Part shown: piece by piece, positions 9,135-18,238 of the stretch | How the letters are laid out: each line of letters begins with the position of its first letter | How positions within the stretch are numbered: position 1 is the stretch's first letter | NCBI GenBank assembly: GCA_964013895.1 | Contig: CAXGYF010000002.1 | Coordinates: 35,316 to 99,315 of the forward strand | DNA: 64,000 bases | Direction: 5' to 3' | Source of the DNA: an uncultured Acidimicrobiaceae bacterium | GTDB lineage: Bacteria > Actinomycetota > Acidimicrobiia > Acidimicrobiales > MedAcidi-G1 | Program-made: the position numbers and the translations under genes | Notes under the pieces: generated by a model | What the model saw: the letters and a program-made list of their open reading frames with translations, nothing else | What the model was told of the DNA's origin: nothing | Databases searched by the model: none

Positions 9135-10370
9135 CTATTCCTCTATCGCATGGTTTACCAAAGCACGAAGATCCCAGCGCAACTTTATATGCGTCCCCGA
9201 GGGCACCAACTGGGTTAAAAAAATGCAACTTATTTTCTCAATGGGATCCACCCAGAAAACAGTACTGGCCATTCCCCCCCAAGACGCCTCTCCTTCTCTA
9301 GCTTGAATACGTCCTTTGACAGGATCTTGCACTACGGCAAAACCTAGTCCGAAACCCACCCCATCAAAGAAACCCTTGTAATAAAGCGGATCGCCAGCAT
9401 CTGTCATATCTGCTTTACCGGGCAAATGATTTTCCATCATTTTTTTTAATGTTTGCGAATCTAGGATTCGATTCCCGTCTAGCTCTCCCCCATTAATCAA
9501 CATGTTGCAGAATCGGTGGTAATCATGCATGGTTGAGAGCAAACCACCACCACCACTTTGCCACCTTGATGAACGGTAACTGCTTTCTTCAGGCTTCTCT
9601 AAAAGCACCGGAGAGAGTGTTTCCTCCTCTGCTGCGTAACACGCCGCTAAACGTTCAATTTTTTCATCAGATATCTGAAATGATGTATCTGTCATGCCCA
9701 AAGGGTTCAATACCCTTTCTGCTAGAGTTTCATAAAGAGACCGCCCCTCAATCACTTCTATTACTCTGCCCAATACGTCGGTCGCCATGGAGTAAGACCA
9801 TCTGGTTCCTGGTTGATGCCTTAGGGGAAACTCTGCCAGGAAGTTAGTAAGTTCCTCCAAACTGAGTTTTTCGCGAGCTTTGTCTAATTCTCCTTTTCTG
9901 TACATTTCGTCAACGGGGTGCTGGTTGGTAAACCAATAGGAAAGACCGGCAGTGTGTGTCAAAAGGTCGGCAATATTTATCGGTCTTTCGACGGCTACGG
10001 TTTCGGGTTTTTCAGCTGTTCCTCCCGAAAAAACTTCAGTTTTTTCGAAAGCAGGAACAAAATTAATGAGAGGGTCTTGTAAATGCAACTTTCCGTCTTC
10101 AACCAATTGCATCACTGCGACAGAAACAATTGGTTTAGTCATAGAGAAGATTCGCCATATTGTGTCAGGGCATACACTCTTTTGTGCCTCCCTGTCAGCA
10201 AATCCGAAACTTTCTCTTAAAGCAACTTTCCCATGTCTAGATACCAAGACATCGGTTCCGACCATGAAATTATTGTCTACATAGCTTTTTGCGTAATCAG
10301 ACACTTGTCTTAAACGCTCGTGATTTAGACCCACCGTTGAAGGTTCAACTAAATCTAGTTCCCCAGACAT
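9135..10370 (-). CDS. Beta-lactamase-fold serine hydrolase/esterase
   Basis: SxxK (FSMTK), LLTHTAGL, WSYS and WGGMAST. Confidence 0.9.
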   Translation of the reverse strand: MSGELDLVEPSTVGLNHERLRQVSDYAKSYVDNNFMVGTDVLVSRHGKVALRESFGFADREAQKSVCPDTIWRIFSMTKPIVSVAVMQLVEDGKLHLQDPLINFVPAFEKTEVFSGGTAEKPETVAVERPINIADLLTHTAGLSYWFTNQHPVDEMYRKGELDKAREKLSLEELTNFLAEFPLRHQPGTRWSYSMATDVLGRVIEVIEGRSLYETLAERVLNPLGMTDTSFQISDEKIERLAACYAAEEETLSPVLLEKPEESSYRSSRWQSGGGGLLSTMHDYHRFCNMLINGGELDGNRILDSQTLKKMMENHLPGKADMTDAGDPLYYKGFFDGVGFGLGFAVVQDPVKGRIQAREGEASWGGMASTVFWVDPIEKISCIFLTQLVPSGTHIKLRWDLRALVNHAIEE

Positions 10371-10373
10371 GCT

Positions 10374-10709
10374 CTAGATATCTGATTCGGCTTTCTCATC
10401 GTCATTTGCTACTTCTAATTCGTCATTATAAAAAAGATGTAAATCTGAGATTGTTTCAATTAATTTTTCCACCGAAAGTTCTGATCCATCAGACTTCACA
10501 GTAATCATGTTGGAATTCAGGTGAATCCCAATAATACCCTCCAGGGAAAATAATCTTCTTGCTAACTCATCTGATGGTGTGTCACCAATTATTTCATCAT
10601 CAAATTTAAATCTTTCATGATCCATTCCAGTCAAACACCTATTGACTTCGAAACGGTAAATCTCTGGCTTAGAAGAACGTGTAAAAACTACATTTATTGG
10701 CTGACCCAT
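10374..10709 (-). CDS. Small protein resembling a stand-alone NifU/Nfu N-terminal domain
   Basis: LARRLFSLEGIIGIHLNSNMITV resembles the Nfu_N pattern; no CxxC. Confidence 0.5.
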   Translation of the reverse strand: MGQPINVVFTRSSKPEIYRFEVNRCLTGMDHERFKFDDEIIGDTPSDELARRLFSLEGIIGIHLNSNMITVKSDGSELSVEKLIETISDLHLFYNDELEVANDDEKAESDI

Positions 10710-10764
10710 AATGACGAAGGCTACCTAGGTTGAACGTAGAGTACATTTTTTTCTACTAAAAATG

Positions 10765-11151
10765 CTAAATATTAGTCACTATCGTTTTAAGTCTGTTGAC
10801 TATAAAGGCAAGCGAAATGAAAACTATTGCTAAGCAGGCATGCACTATTTTAAAACCTGTTCCATGGTCTGCAATGAGTATTCCGACAGATCGAACAATC
10901 CAGAAGGTAATGGTCCAAATACAAAATGCTGTAATTAGGCGGGAATTTTTTATATTCCTATCTCGCCAACTGCCTACAAGGATTTTTATAACTGCTAGAG
11001 CTGCTGAGAGAAAAATAGCTGCCACCAAGAGACTCCAAATTCTTTGCGTATTTGAAATTTCATTGTCTTCAAAAAGGTTATAGATCCTAGTTGTCCATAC
11101 TAAGAGAGTTGAACCGGCAAAAACCCATAGGAAAGATGCCAAGCGATTCAT
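10765..11151 (-). CDS. Small 4-TM membrane protein, unknown function
   Basis: Four hydrophobic segments; co-oriented with neighbours. Confidence 0.65.
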   Translation of the reverse strand: MNRLASFLWVFAGSTLLVWTTRIYNLFEDNEISNTQRIWSLLVAAIFLSAALAVIKILVGSWRDRNIKNSRLITAFCIWTITFWIVRSVGILIADHGTGFKIVHACLAIVFISLAFIVNRLKTIVTNI

Positions 11152-11183
11152 AGCAAAAAGGTAACCAATGTCTCAATGATCAA

Positions 11184-11879
11184 CTACTTGAGTTCAAAAA
11201 TATTTGTTTGAGCTTCAATTTTTTTAATGTATGGGGCACCTGTTGAGGGAACATCTTTCATGAATCCCCAAGTTCTTCGGTGGAAAAAAGTTGCTCCCTT
11301 AGTTTCAAGAGCCAACCGGTGTTTTGGGCTCGGGTATCCCTTGTTTTGGGGGAAATCATAATCCGGATAGAGCTTGTCGGCTTCTTTCATTATTCGATCA
11401 CGACTGACTTTTGCCATTATCGAAGCTGCAGCGATAGAAAGACTAGTTTGATCACCGCGAACAATGGTCTCGGATCTGCCATCACCGACAAAATCCCATG
11501 TGCCATCTAATAAAAGACGATCTGGTCTTTTAGCCAATCCGTCGATAGCTCTTCTTGCAGCCACTCTTTGGGCCGCCGACATGCCCAGTTCGTCACATTC
11601 TTCATTACTGGCATGACCTAACGACCAATCTTCCGACCATTTATCTATACGGTCAAATAATTTCTCACGTTCTGCTTCTTTTAGCATTTTGGAATCCCTA
11701 ACTCCATTTATCCGAAAATTACGGTTCGGCACTAATGCAACAATTGTCAAAGGCCCCGCCCATGCCCCCTTACCAACTTCATCTAAACCTGCAACTATTT
11801 CATAACCAGCATCCCAGTAAGAGCGTTCAATGCGTAAATTAGGCGACTTACCAATAAGAGCTTTTCTCATATTTCCCAA
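11184..11879 (-). CDS. rnhB: Ribonuclease HII
   Basis: GLDEVGKGAWAGP, DSK, LLDG, SIAAASIMAKVSRD and NKGY; alternative start 11870. Confidence 0.95.
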   Translation of the reverse strand: MGNMRKALIGKSPNLRIERSYWDAGYEIVAGLDEVGKGAWAGPLTIVALVPNRNFRINGVRDSKMLKEAEREKLFDRIDKWSEDWSLGHASNEECDELGMSAAQRVAARRAIDGLAKRPDRLLLDGTWDFVGDGRSETIVRGDQTSLSIAAASIMAKVSRDRIMKEADKLYPDYDFPQNKGYPSPKHRLALETKGATFFHRRTWGFMKDVPSTGAPYIKKIEAQTNIFELK

Positions 11880-11952
11880 AATTTAAATGATTCCGAAACT
11901 GTTAAACACCTTACGAGATTAATAGGTGTATAACTTTCATAGACTCCAACGG

Positions 11953-12516
11953 ATGAATAAAACGACCGCTGTCTTGATTCCTATTAAATCTTTCCATGAC
12001 GCTAAGGGAAGACTCTCAGAAAGTCTGAGCAAATCTGAACGTTCTGTTCTTATGCAAAAGATGGCAGAAACCGTAATCGATTCATCAGGCCCTTTATCTA
12101 TCTGGGTGGTTTGTGACGATGACGAGGTTGCTGTCTGGGCTGAATCGAAAAATGTTTCGGTGATAAAAGTTGGGGAACCGGGTCTTAATTCTGCCATAGA
12201 AAAGGGTGTCAGCAGTCTTGAAAAAGCTGGTTTCTCTAAAGTAATAATTGCGCATGCTGATCTTCCTAATGCAGACAATCTTCAAAAATGTGCGGAATTT
12301 GAAGGAGTCACTATTGTTCAAGATCATAAAGGTGATGGAACACCCGTTTTAGTAATACCTACTGGTGAAGGTTTTCGTTTTTCATATGGCCCAGATTCAT
12401 TTGCTGCTCATACGTTGGAGGCACAACGTCTTGGGCTTCCGTATCGTCAATTATTCGATCCAAAACTTAGCTTTGATGTAGACGAACCAGAAGATTTAAA
12501 ATTTATTAAGAACTAA
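11953..12516 (+). CDS. cofC: 2-phospho-L-lactate/PEP guanylyltransferase (F420 biosynthesis)
   Basis: LIPIKSFHDAKGRL, GLNSA, AHADLP, DGT, FSYGPDSFAAH and DVDEPEDL; start moved from 11926 to ATG 11953. Confidence 0.9.
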   Translation: MNKTTAVLIPIKSFHDAKGRLSESLSKSERSVLMQKMAETVIDSSGPLSIWVVCDDDEVAVWAESKNVSVIKVGEPGLNSAIEKGVSSLEKAGFSKVIIAHADLPNADNLQKCAEFEGVTIVQDHKGDGTPVLVIPTGEGFRFSYGPDSFAAHTLEAQRLGLPYRQLFDPKLSFDVDEPEDLKFIKN

Positions 12517-13426
12517 ATATTCTTGAATCAAGTAAATCTTCTATAAGTTCTTTAAGTTCAAGCGGCTTGTCACCTTGGATGCTATGCCCCGCCCCTTCTA
12601 CTTTTTTTACAACTATTTCTTGCTGCAAGTTTTTCATCTTTTCAACGTCTTCGTCCCCTACAACGCTCCAGGCGCCACCTAACCACAAATGTAACGGAGA
12701 CTTAATCTCGGCAACCTTGTTCCACAATTCTGAAAAATCAATTGCTTCCGAAGCGTTTTCATTATTTTTATCCTTCCATGCTCTGCCTACGTCATACCTC
12801 CACGACCATTTCCCATCTTCTATTTCGTGAGCGTTGTGAAGAACCCCGCGTCTCAAAGAAGTTTCCGATCTAGTTGGATTGTGTTCAATAGTTCTTTTTA
12901 AGATTTCTTCAAAACTTTCAAAAACTTCAGGTCCTGAAACGAAATTTATTATCGGTTCTGCTTTTGCCTGGTCAGTGCCTGGTGTGACATCGACGATTCC
13001 GAGCCTTTTTACCATTTGTGGACGGTCAGCCGCTATACATAAAGCAGTTAATCCACCTAGTGACATTCCTACAAGCGCTTCAGTTTCTGGAGCCCAATGT
13101 TGTATTGCCTCGGATACCTGATCTGCGAGAACAAAAGGTGTGTAGTCACACTCGGGCCTCCAGTCTGAATGACCATGACCAGGAAGGTCCACTGCTAGTA
13201 GCGGGATATCAAGCGCCAAAGCAACTGTGTCCCACGTGTGAGCATTTTGTGCTCCCCCGTGTAGAAGTACTAACTGGGGTGGTTCTCCACCCCAAAAAAT
13301 TCCACTAATTGAAAACCCTTGCGAACTCGTAAAGAATTTTCGCTCAACTTTCGGTGTTCCTTTCCATGGAATTCCTACTTCATCGGCGTTTTCTTTCAAC
13401 ATTGAAAATTCTTCGTAATCAACCAA
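12506..13426 (-). CDS. Alpha/beta hydrolase
   Basis: HGGAQNAH, DLPGHGHS, GMSLGG nucleophile elbow and GAGHSIQ. Confidence 0.9.
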   Translation of the reverse strand: MVDYEEFSMLKENADEVGIPWKGTPKVERKFFTSSQGFSISGIFWGGEPPQLVLLHGGAQNAHTWDTVALALDIPLLAVDLPGHGHSDWRPECDYTPFVLADQVSEAIQHWAPETEALVGMSLGGLTALCIAADRPQMVKRLGIVDVTPGTDQAKAEPIINFVSGPEVFESFEEILKRTIEHNPTRSETSLRRGVLHNAHEIEDGKWSWRYDVGRAWKDKNNENASEAIDFSELWNKVAEIKSPLHLWLGGAWSVVGDEDVEKMKNLQQEIVVKKVEGAGHSIQGDKPLELKELIEDLLDSRIFSS

Positions 13427-13528
13427 TTGTGATACTCCTTTAAAGCTTTACATATTATTAACACTCTGGAACTGCTTTGCAATATTACGTGATGAGACAA
13501 ATACGGCTATTTGAAATACGATCGGAAT

Positions 13529-14728
13529 ATGACCTCTGGCAATAGGCCCGAAATAAATCTTCTAGATGGAGAATTTTACGTTAACTCTCCATACGATACT
13601 TTTGCTTGGTTGCGCAATAATGAACCCGTTTTCTGGGATGCGAAAAATGAACTATGGGGGGTGTCTCGTTATGACGACATTGTCGCTATAGAACGGGATA
13701 AAAAACGGTTTATTTCTTCAGATACGAAGAAGGGTGGCTACCGACCTAACATTCCAGCAGATCCATCGATAATAGGACTTGACGACCCGCACCATGTCAT
13801 ACGTCGCAATTTGGTATCACGTCGTTTCACCCCGAAGGCAGTCCTTACTTGGGAAGAACATATCAGAGAAACAGTTAAAGAATTATTAGACAATGTTGCC
13901 GCGGCAGGAAGAGCTGAAGTTATTTCTGAGTTGGCAGCCCCGCTTCCAGCGCAAATGATTGGTCTTTTCCTTGGTTTCCCTGATGAAATGTGGCCCAAAC
14001 TTGCAGAGTGGTCTGAGAGATCAATTGCCTTAGGGGGTGGGCCCGAATATATGAACGATGAAGGCATTACTGCAGTTTTTGAGTTCGCTGATGCTTGTAG
14101 CCATCTTTACGAAAATAAAAAGGAATGCCCCGCCGATGATGTCATGTCTAAGTGGGTTGACACAGAGCTAAAAGGGTTAGACGGCCATCCTTTTGGTTTA
14201 GACCAGATAATTTCTGATTGTCTATTAATGCTTGATGGTGGCGCCGAAACAACTCGCACGGTAATCGCAAGAACTTTGGTAGAGCTAGCAAAAAATGAAA
14301 CCGTTTGGAATGACCTACGGCAAGTGAACGATATTTCAATAGCGGTTGAAGAATTTATAAGATTCGTTACTCCAATTCATAATATGTGTCGAGTAGCTAC
14401 TGAAAATGTCATAGTCAATGGCACGCAAATTAAACAAGGTGACCAAGTCGTACTTATGTACTCATCTGCTAATAGAGATTCAGATCATTTTGATGACCCT
14501 GAGACTCTAAAAGTTAACAGAAGCCCAAATCACCATCTGTCTTTTGGTCACGGAACTCATTTTTGTTTAGGAGCATCTCTGGCAAGATTAGAAATAAAAA
14601 TTTTCTTCGAAGAATTTTTAGAGCGTTTCAAAAGTTTGTCGCTTGATGAAAATAATCCCCCAGTCGAAATGCCAAATTCTTTTGTCTATGGTCTTCGTGA
14701 AGCTCACATAGTCCTAGAAGAAAATTAA
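13529..14728 (+). CDS. Cytochrome P450 (CYP142/125-like)
   Basis: GGAETT I-helix, EEFIR, FGHGTHFCLG heme motif; N-terminus resembles CYP142; start moved to ATG 13529. Confidence 0.92.
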   Translation: MTSGNRPEINLLDGEFYVNSPYDTFAWLRNNEPVFWDAKNELWGVSRYDDIVAIERDKKRFISSDTKKGGYRPNIPADPSIIGLDDPHHVIRRNLVSRRFTPKAVLTWEEHIRETVKELLDNVAAAGRAEVISELAAPLPAQMIGLFLGFPDEMWPKLAEWSERSIALGGGPEYMNDEGITAVFEFADACSHLYENKKECPADDVMSKWVDTELKGLDGHPFGLDQIISDCLLMLDGGAETTRTVIARTLVELAKNETVWNDLRQVNDISIAVEEFIRFVTPIHNMCRVATENVIVNGTQIKQGDQVVLMYSSANRDSDHFDDPETLKVNRSPNHHLSFGHGTHFCLGASLARLEIKIFFEEFLERFKSLSLDENNPPVEMPNSFVYGLREAHIVLEEN

Positions 14729-14738
14729 AGTTTTAATA

Positions 14739-15377
14739 TCATTTTTTTTCTTCTACTTCTAGTAGATCTACAAATCCTTCAAAGCCATCAGCTTTTCTTA
14801 AGGACCGATCTATATATAAAAGAGCAATAAGACTAGCCACGAAGCCCGCTGGAAAACCAACCAAACTTCTAATCACCACGTAGCCATCTACAGATGTGTG
14901 TCTATATAACCAGACATCCCAAATAGAGGTCAGAATTTGATAAATCCCTAGTAAGACTGTCATCTGCGACATGACTCTGGAAAATATCTCGTGTTTAATC
15001 GTCTCTTTCTTAAATGGAAGAACGGCCGGGAGAATCTGGCTCAAAAAAGAACGCTTGAAGAGCACAGTTGCTATAAGACCCAAACCGATTGCAGCCTTTG
15101 TCGCTATTCCTATACCGAAATAGACATCTTCTGAATCTGTGATTATTCCAATCAGACCTCTCACTAACAAATAAACAATTAGTAATGGCAGAAACTTTCC
15201 TACCGCTTCTCCTCTCAGACTTCGTCTAACAGCCGCCTGAATTCCCCAAACAGTAGCGCCGCCTACAGCCCAACCAAGACCGGCGAATCTATTGAGTAGC
15301 AAAAAGATAGCTACTGGGGCAACGGAGTCTATTAACCGCCTATAGCTCGCTTCATCCCCTGTGATGTGCGTACTCAA
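14739..15377 (-). CDS. Membrane protein (DUF3159-like)
   Basis: Five to six TM helices; pattern resembles actinobacterial DUF3159/IspZ-like proteins. Confidence 0.55.
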   Translation of the reverse strand: MSTHITGDEASYRRLIDSVAPVAIFLLLNRFAGLGWAVGGATVWGIQAAVRRSLRGEAVGKFLPLLIVYLLVRGLIGIITDSEDVYFGIGIATKAAIGLGLIATVLFKRSFLSQILPAVLPFKKETIKHEIFSRVMSQMTVLLGIYQILTSIWDVWLYRHTSVDGYVVIRSLVGFPAGFVASLIALLYIDRSLRKADGFEGFVDLLEVEEKK

Positions 15378-15439
15378 ATTTTCAATCCTTTTCGTTTTCT
15401 TTAATTTGAATAATCAAGATCTCCAAAACAAATAACATT

Positions 15440-16270
15440 CTATTGACCCTTTTTTGGTAGCCAAGTCCAGCCTAAAGCTGACCATGTATAAGAAGCTCTG
15501 TAGTTCTCATCATTTGGAAATAACGGAAGAGCTTTTGACTCATCAACAATTCTTATATTTTCCGGAGAAGGCTTCGAATCGAGAACTGTAAAAACCTCAT
15601 CCACATTTGCATATGTTTGCAACTGCTGAAGTGTTGCAAGTGTTGGACTTATCATGGTCATTTCTCCTGCTTCCCATTTTTTAAGAGCGTCTGATGGGCT
15701 AATCCAGAAAGCTTCAACGGCTTCCTTACCATCAACTCGAGGAATTGCTGAGCTGTGTGACTGAGCTATGAAGAAATAAGTGTCATAACGCCTAGGTCCT
15801 CCCTTCGGAGTAATCCATCTACTTATAGGTTTAATTCCGGCCAAATCTAAAGAAAGTTGACTTTGTGTAATAATTTGTGAAAAATTTGATGACCCATCTT
15901 CTAAAAACTTTCGATATGTCAGTAGCTCATCTTCTTGACTTCCAACCACAACACCGACCTCTTCAATAGTTTCTCTGATTGCAGCAATCCAATAAGATCT
16001 TGCTTCGTCGGTCCGCAGTTGTGTGTCTGCTTCCTCGTTAGTTAGACCTGTAACAAGGTCATCCCACATGTAGCTTCTATCATCCTGTTCAATAGCGCCA
16101 CCAGGAAAAATCGTATGACTTGCAACAAATCCAGAAGAGTTATTTCTAAGAAGCATCAAAACCTGAAGGTCTGGACGATTGTCTAAAAGAACCATAGTCG
16201 CCGCAGGAAGTATTGGAATTTCGTCAGTTTCTATATCATTTCTCGAAACCCAGGGATCCAAATTATTCAC
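15440..16270 (-). CDS. NUDIX hydrolase (NUDT19-like)
   Basis: AATMVL, FPGGAIE...AAIRETIEEVG, SRWITP and RRYDTYFF; start moved to GTG 16270 to avoid overlapping the divergent SulP. Confidence 0.88.
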   Translation of the reverse strand: MNNLDPWVSRNDIETDEIPILPAATMVLLDNRPDLQVLMLLRNNSSGFVASHTIFPGGAIEQDDRSYMWDDLVTGLTNEEADTQLRTDEARSYWIAAIRETIEEVGVVVGSQEDELLTYRKFLEDGSSNFSQIITQSQLSLDLAGIKPISRWITPKGGPRRYDTYFFIAQSHSSAIPRVDGKEAVEAFWISPSDALKKWEAGEMTMISPTLATLQQLQTYANVDEVFTVLDSKPSPENIRIVDESKALPLFPNDENYRASYTWSALGWTWLPKKGQ

Positions 16271-16352
16271 ATGCTTGAGACTACTTGCAGTTAAGAGAAG
16301 AAACTTGAAGCAATAAATGTGGATTGAGACTTTTAAGACATATGGTTTCTGA

Positions 16353-17603
16353 ATGCGATATTCAGCAACCGAGAAACTGAGAAATGCAGATCGCATGATA
16401 TTTGGCGATGTATTAGCTGGAATAAGTGTCGCTTTGTTACTTATTCCTCAGTCGATGGCTTATGCAGAACTCGCAGGTCTGCCACCAGAGATTGGTCTTT
16501 TTGCATCAGCTTTACCGCCTATTTTTGCGGCCTTTGTAGCTTCGTCTCCTTATTTACAGACAGGACCTGTAGCACTTACGAGTCTTCTAACTCTAGGTGC
16601 GCTGAACGGACTAGCTGATTCGGGCACAACAGAATATATAGAACTTGCAGCCTTACTGGCTTTAATAGTTGGAATTTCAAGACTTATATTTGGATTTCTT
16701 AGAATGGGTAAGATCGTTTACTTCATGAATGCACCTGTAGTAACAGGTTTCACTTCGGCAGCCGTAATATTAATTATTGCTTCTCAGATCCCTAAAACTG
16801 TAGGAAATGAGATTAATGTAAATGGGACTTTAAATCGTGCTTATAGGTCTTTAAGTGATTTTGAAAATTGGCAAATCGAATCCTTGCTGATCTCTGGAGT
16901 GACTATTTTCCTTATAATTGCAGGCAAATATCTACACAAGCTTTTCCCCGGTGCACTTCTTGTACTTGTTGGTGGCTCTATCTATAGCCATTTGGGTGAT
17001 TACAGCGGCCCTGTTGTAGGAGAAATACCGACGGGCATTCCTAATCTTGGATTCGAATTGCCTTGGGGTTCCATAGATGAGCTTTTACTATCAGGAATTG
17101 TTATTGCTCTTATTGGTTTTGCTGAACCGGCTTCAATCTCAAGAATATTTGCTTCTCAAGAGAATCAGCGGTGGAGCGCTAACCGTGAATTTGTTAGTCA
17201 AGGACTAGCAAATGTGGCCTCTGCATTTTCAGGCGCGCTACCTGTTGGAGGTTCATTTAGCAGATCTTCTCTCAACAAGCTCTCCGGCGCTCAAAGCAAG
17301 TGGTCGGGTTTGGTCACCGGGGTCGTGGTTTGTGTTTTCTTACCATTCGCTAATATTTTGGATCGTCTACCAGAAGCGACCCTCGGTGCTGTAGTGATTG
17401 CTGCAGTAATAGGACTTATTCGGCCAAAAAAACTCTTATTTTCAATTCGCGATTCTGCTTCCGAAGGATTTATCACTTGGGGTACTTTTATCGCAACACT
17501 GGCTCTTTCGCCTCATGTGGAAAGAGGCGTTCTTGTTGGAATCGGAATTTCGATAGTTGTCAGTATTTATAAAAAATCAAGACTAGGTGATAACCAGATC
17601 TGA
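16353..17603 (+). CDS. SulP/SLC26 anion permease, TM domain only (no STAS)
   Basis: GDVLAGISVALLLIPQSMAYA, NREFVSQGLAN and GGSFSRS; ends right after the last TM. Confidence 0.88.
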   Translation: MRYSATEKLRNADRMIFGDVLAGISVALLLIPQSMAYAELAGLPPEIGLFASALPPIFAAFVASSPYLQTGPVALTSLLTLGALNGLADSGTTEYIELAALLALIVGISRLIFGFLRMGKIVYFMNAPVVTGFTSAAVILIIASQIPKTVGNEINVNGTLNRAYRSLSDFENWQIESLLISGVTIFLIIAGKYLHKLFPGALLVLVGGSIYSHLGDYSGPVVGEIPTGIPNLGFELPWGSIDELLLSGIVIALIGFAEPASISRIFASQENQRWSANREFVSQGLANVASAFSGALPVGGSFSRSSLNKLSGAQSKWSGLVTGVVVCVFLPFANILDRLPEATLGAVVIAAVIGLIRPKKLLFSIRDSASEGFITWGTFIATLALSPHVERGVLVGIGISIVVSIYKKSRLGDNQI

Positions 17604-17611
17604 AGTTCCCG

Positions 17612-18238
17612 TTAGGACCAAACTTTTGTCAATGATTCAACATCGGTCAATGTTGCTAAAACCGCAAGAGTGTTTTCAATAATAGTTTTTCCATATTCGA
17701 TCGGTACACCTGCTACAGCATCTATAGGGACTACAACTTGATAACCATTGTTTATTAGATCGAAAACACAATTTTGCACAGCAACGTTTAAGGAGACTCC
17801 ACTTACAATCACCGTAGAAATTTCTTCGTTTCTGAGCAAAGCGTCTAATTCGGTTCCCGATGTCGGTGAGAGACCATGAAATCTAGGAAGAAGGACATCT
17901 AGTTCGCTATCGAAACCTACTTCTTTTATCGGTTCTACTGTTTCAGTATCAGGCAACTGTTTTATAGGTGAGCGGCGAGCGGCTCCAAAAAGTCGAGCAT
18001 TATTATTTGACCCCCAACCATCTTCTCTTACCATTGCTAATCCATGAATTACTTTTATTTCTGAATTTCTTGCTGCTTGTGCGAGTTTTCCTAAGTTAGC
18101 AATAATGTTTTTAGAGGCTTCTGCAAGAGCTGGAAAACTAGACTTTTCGCCTATAACTCCATTTTGGCACTCCACCAAAAGTAAGGCAGTGTGATTAGGA
18201 TCTACTAAATCTTTAATTTCAAGATGTTCGCTACTCAT
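17612..18238 (-). CDS. Isochorismatase-fold protein with non-canonical active site
   Basis: TALLLVECQNG, VIVSGVSLNVAVQN and GYQVVVPIDAVAG. Confidence 0.82.
   Translation of the reverse strand: MSSEHLEIKDLVDPNHTALLLVECQNGVIGEKSSFPALAEASKNIIANLGKLAQAARNSEIKVIHGLAMVREDGWGSNNNARLFGAARRSPIKQLPDTETVEPIKEVGFDSELDVLLPRFHGLSPTSGTELDALLRNEEISTVIVSGVSLNVAVQNCVFDLINNGYQVVVPIDAVAGVPIEYGKTIIENTLAVLATLTDVESLTKVWS

Noticed and set aside
13440-13450. TTAAAGCTTTA shared with the core of the 48919 palindrome
   Set aside because: Short AT-rich word whose flanks do not match; two copies in 64 kb is weak evidence for a shared operator
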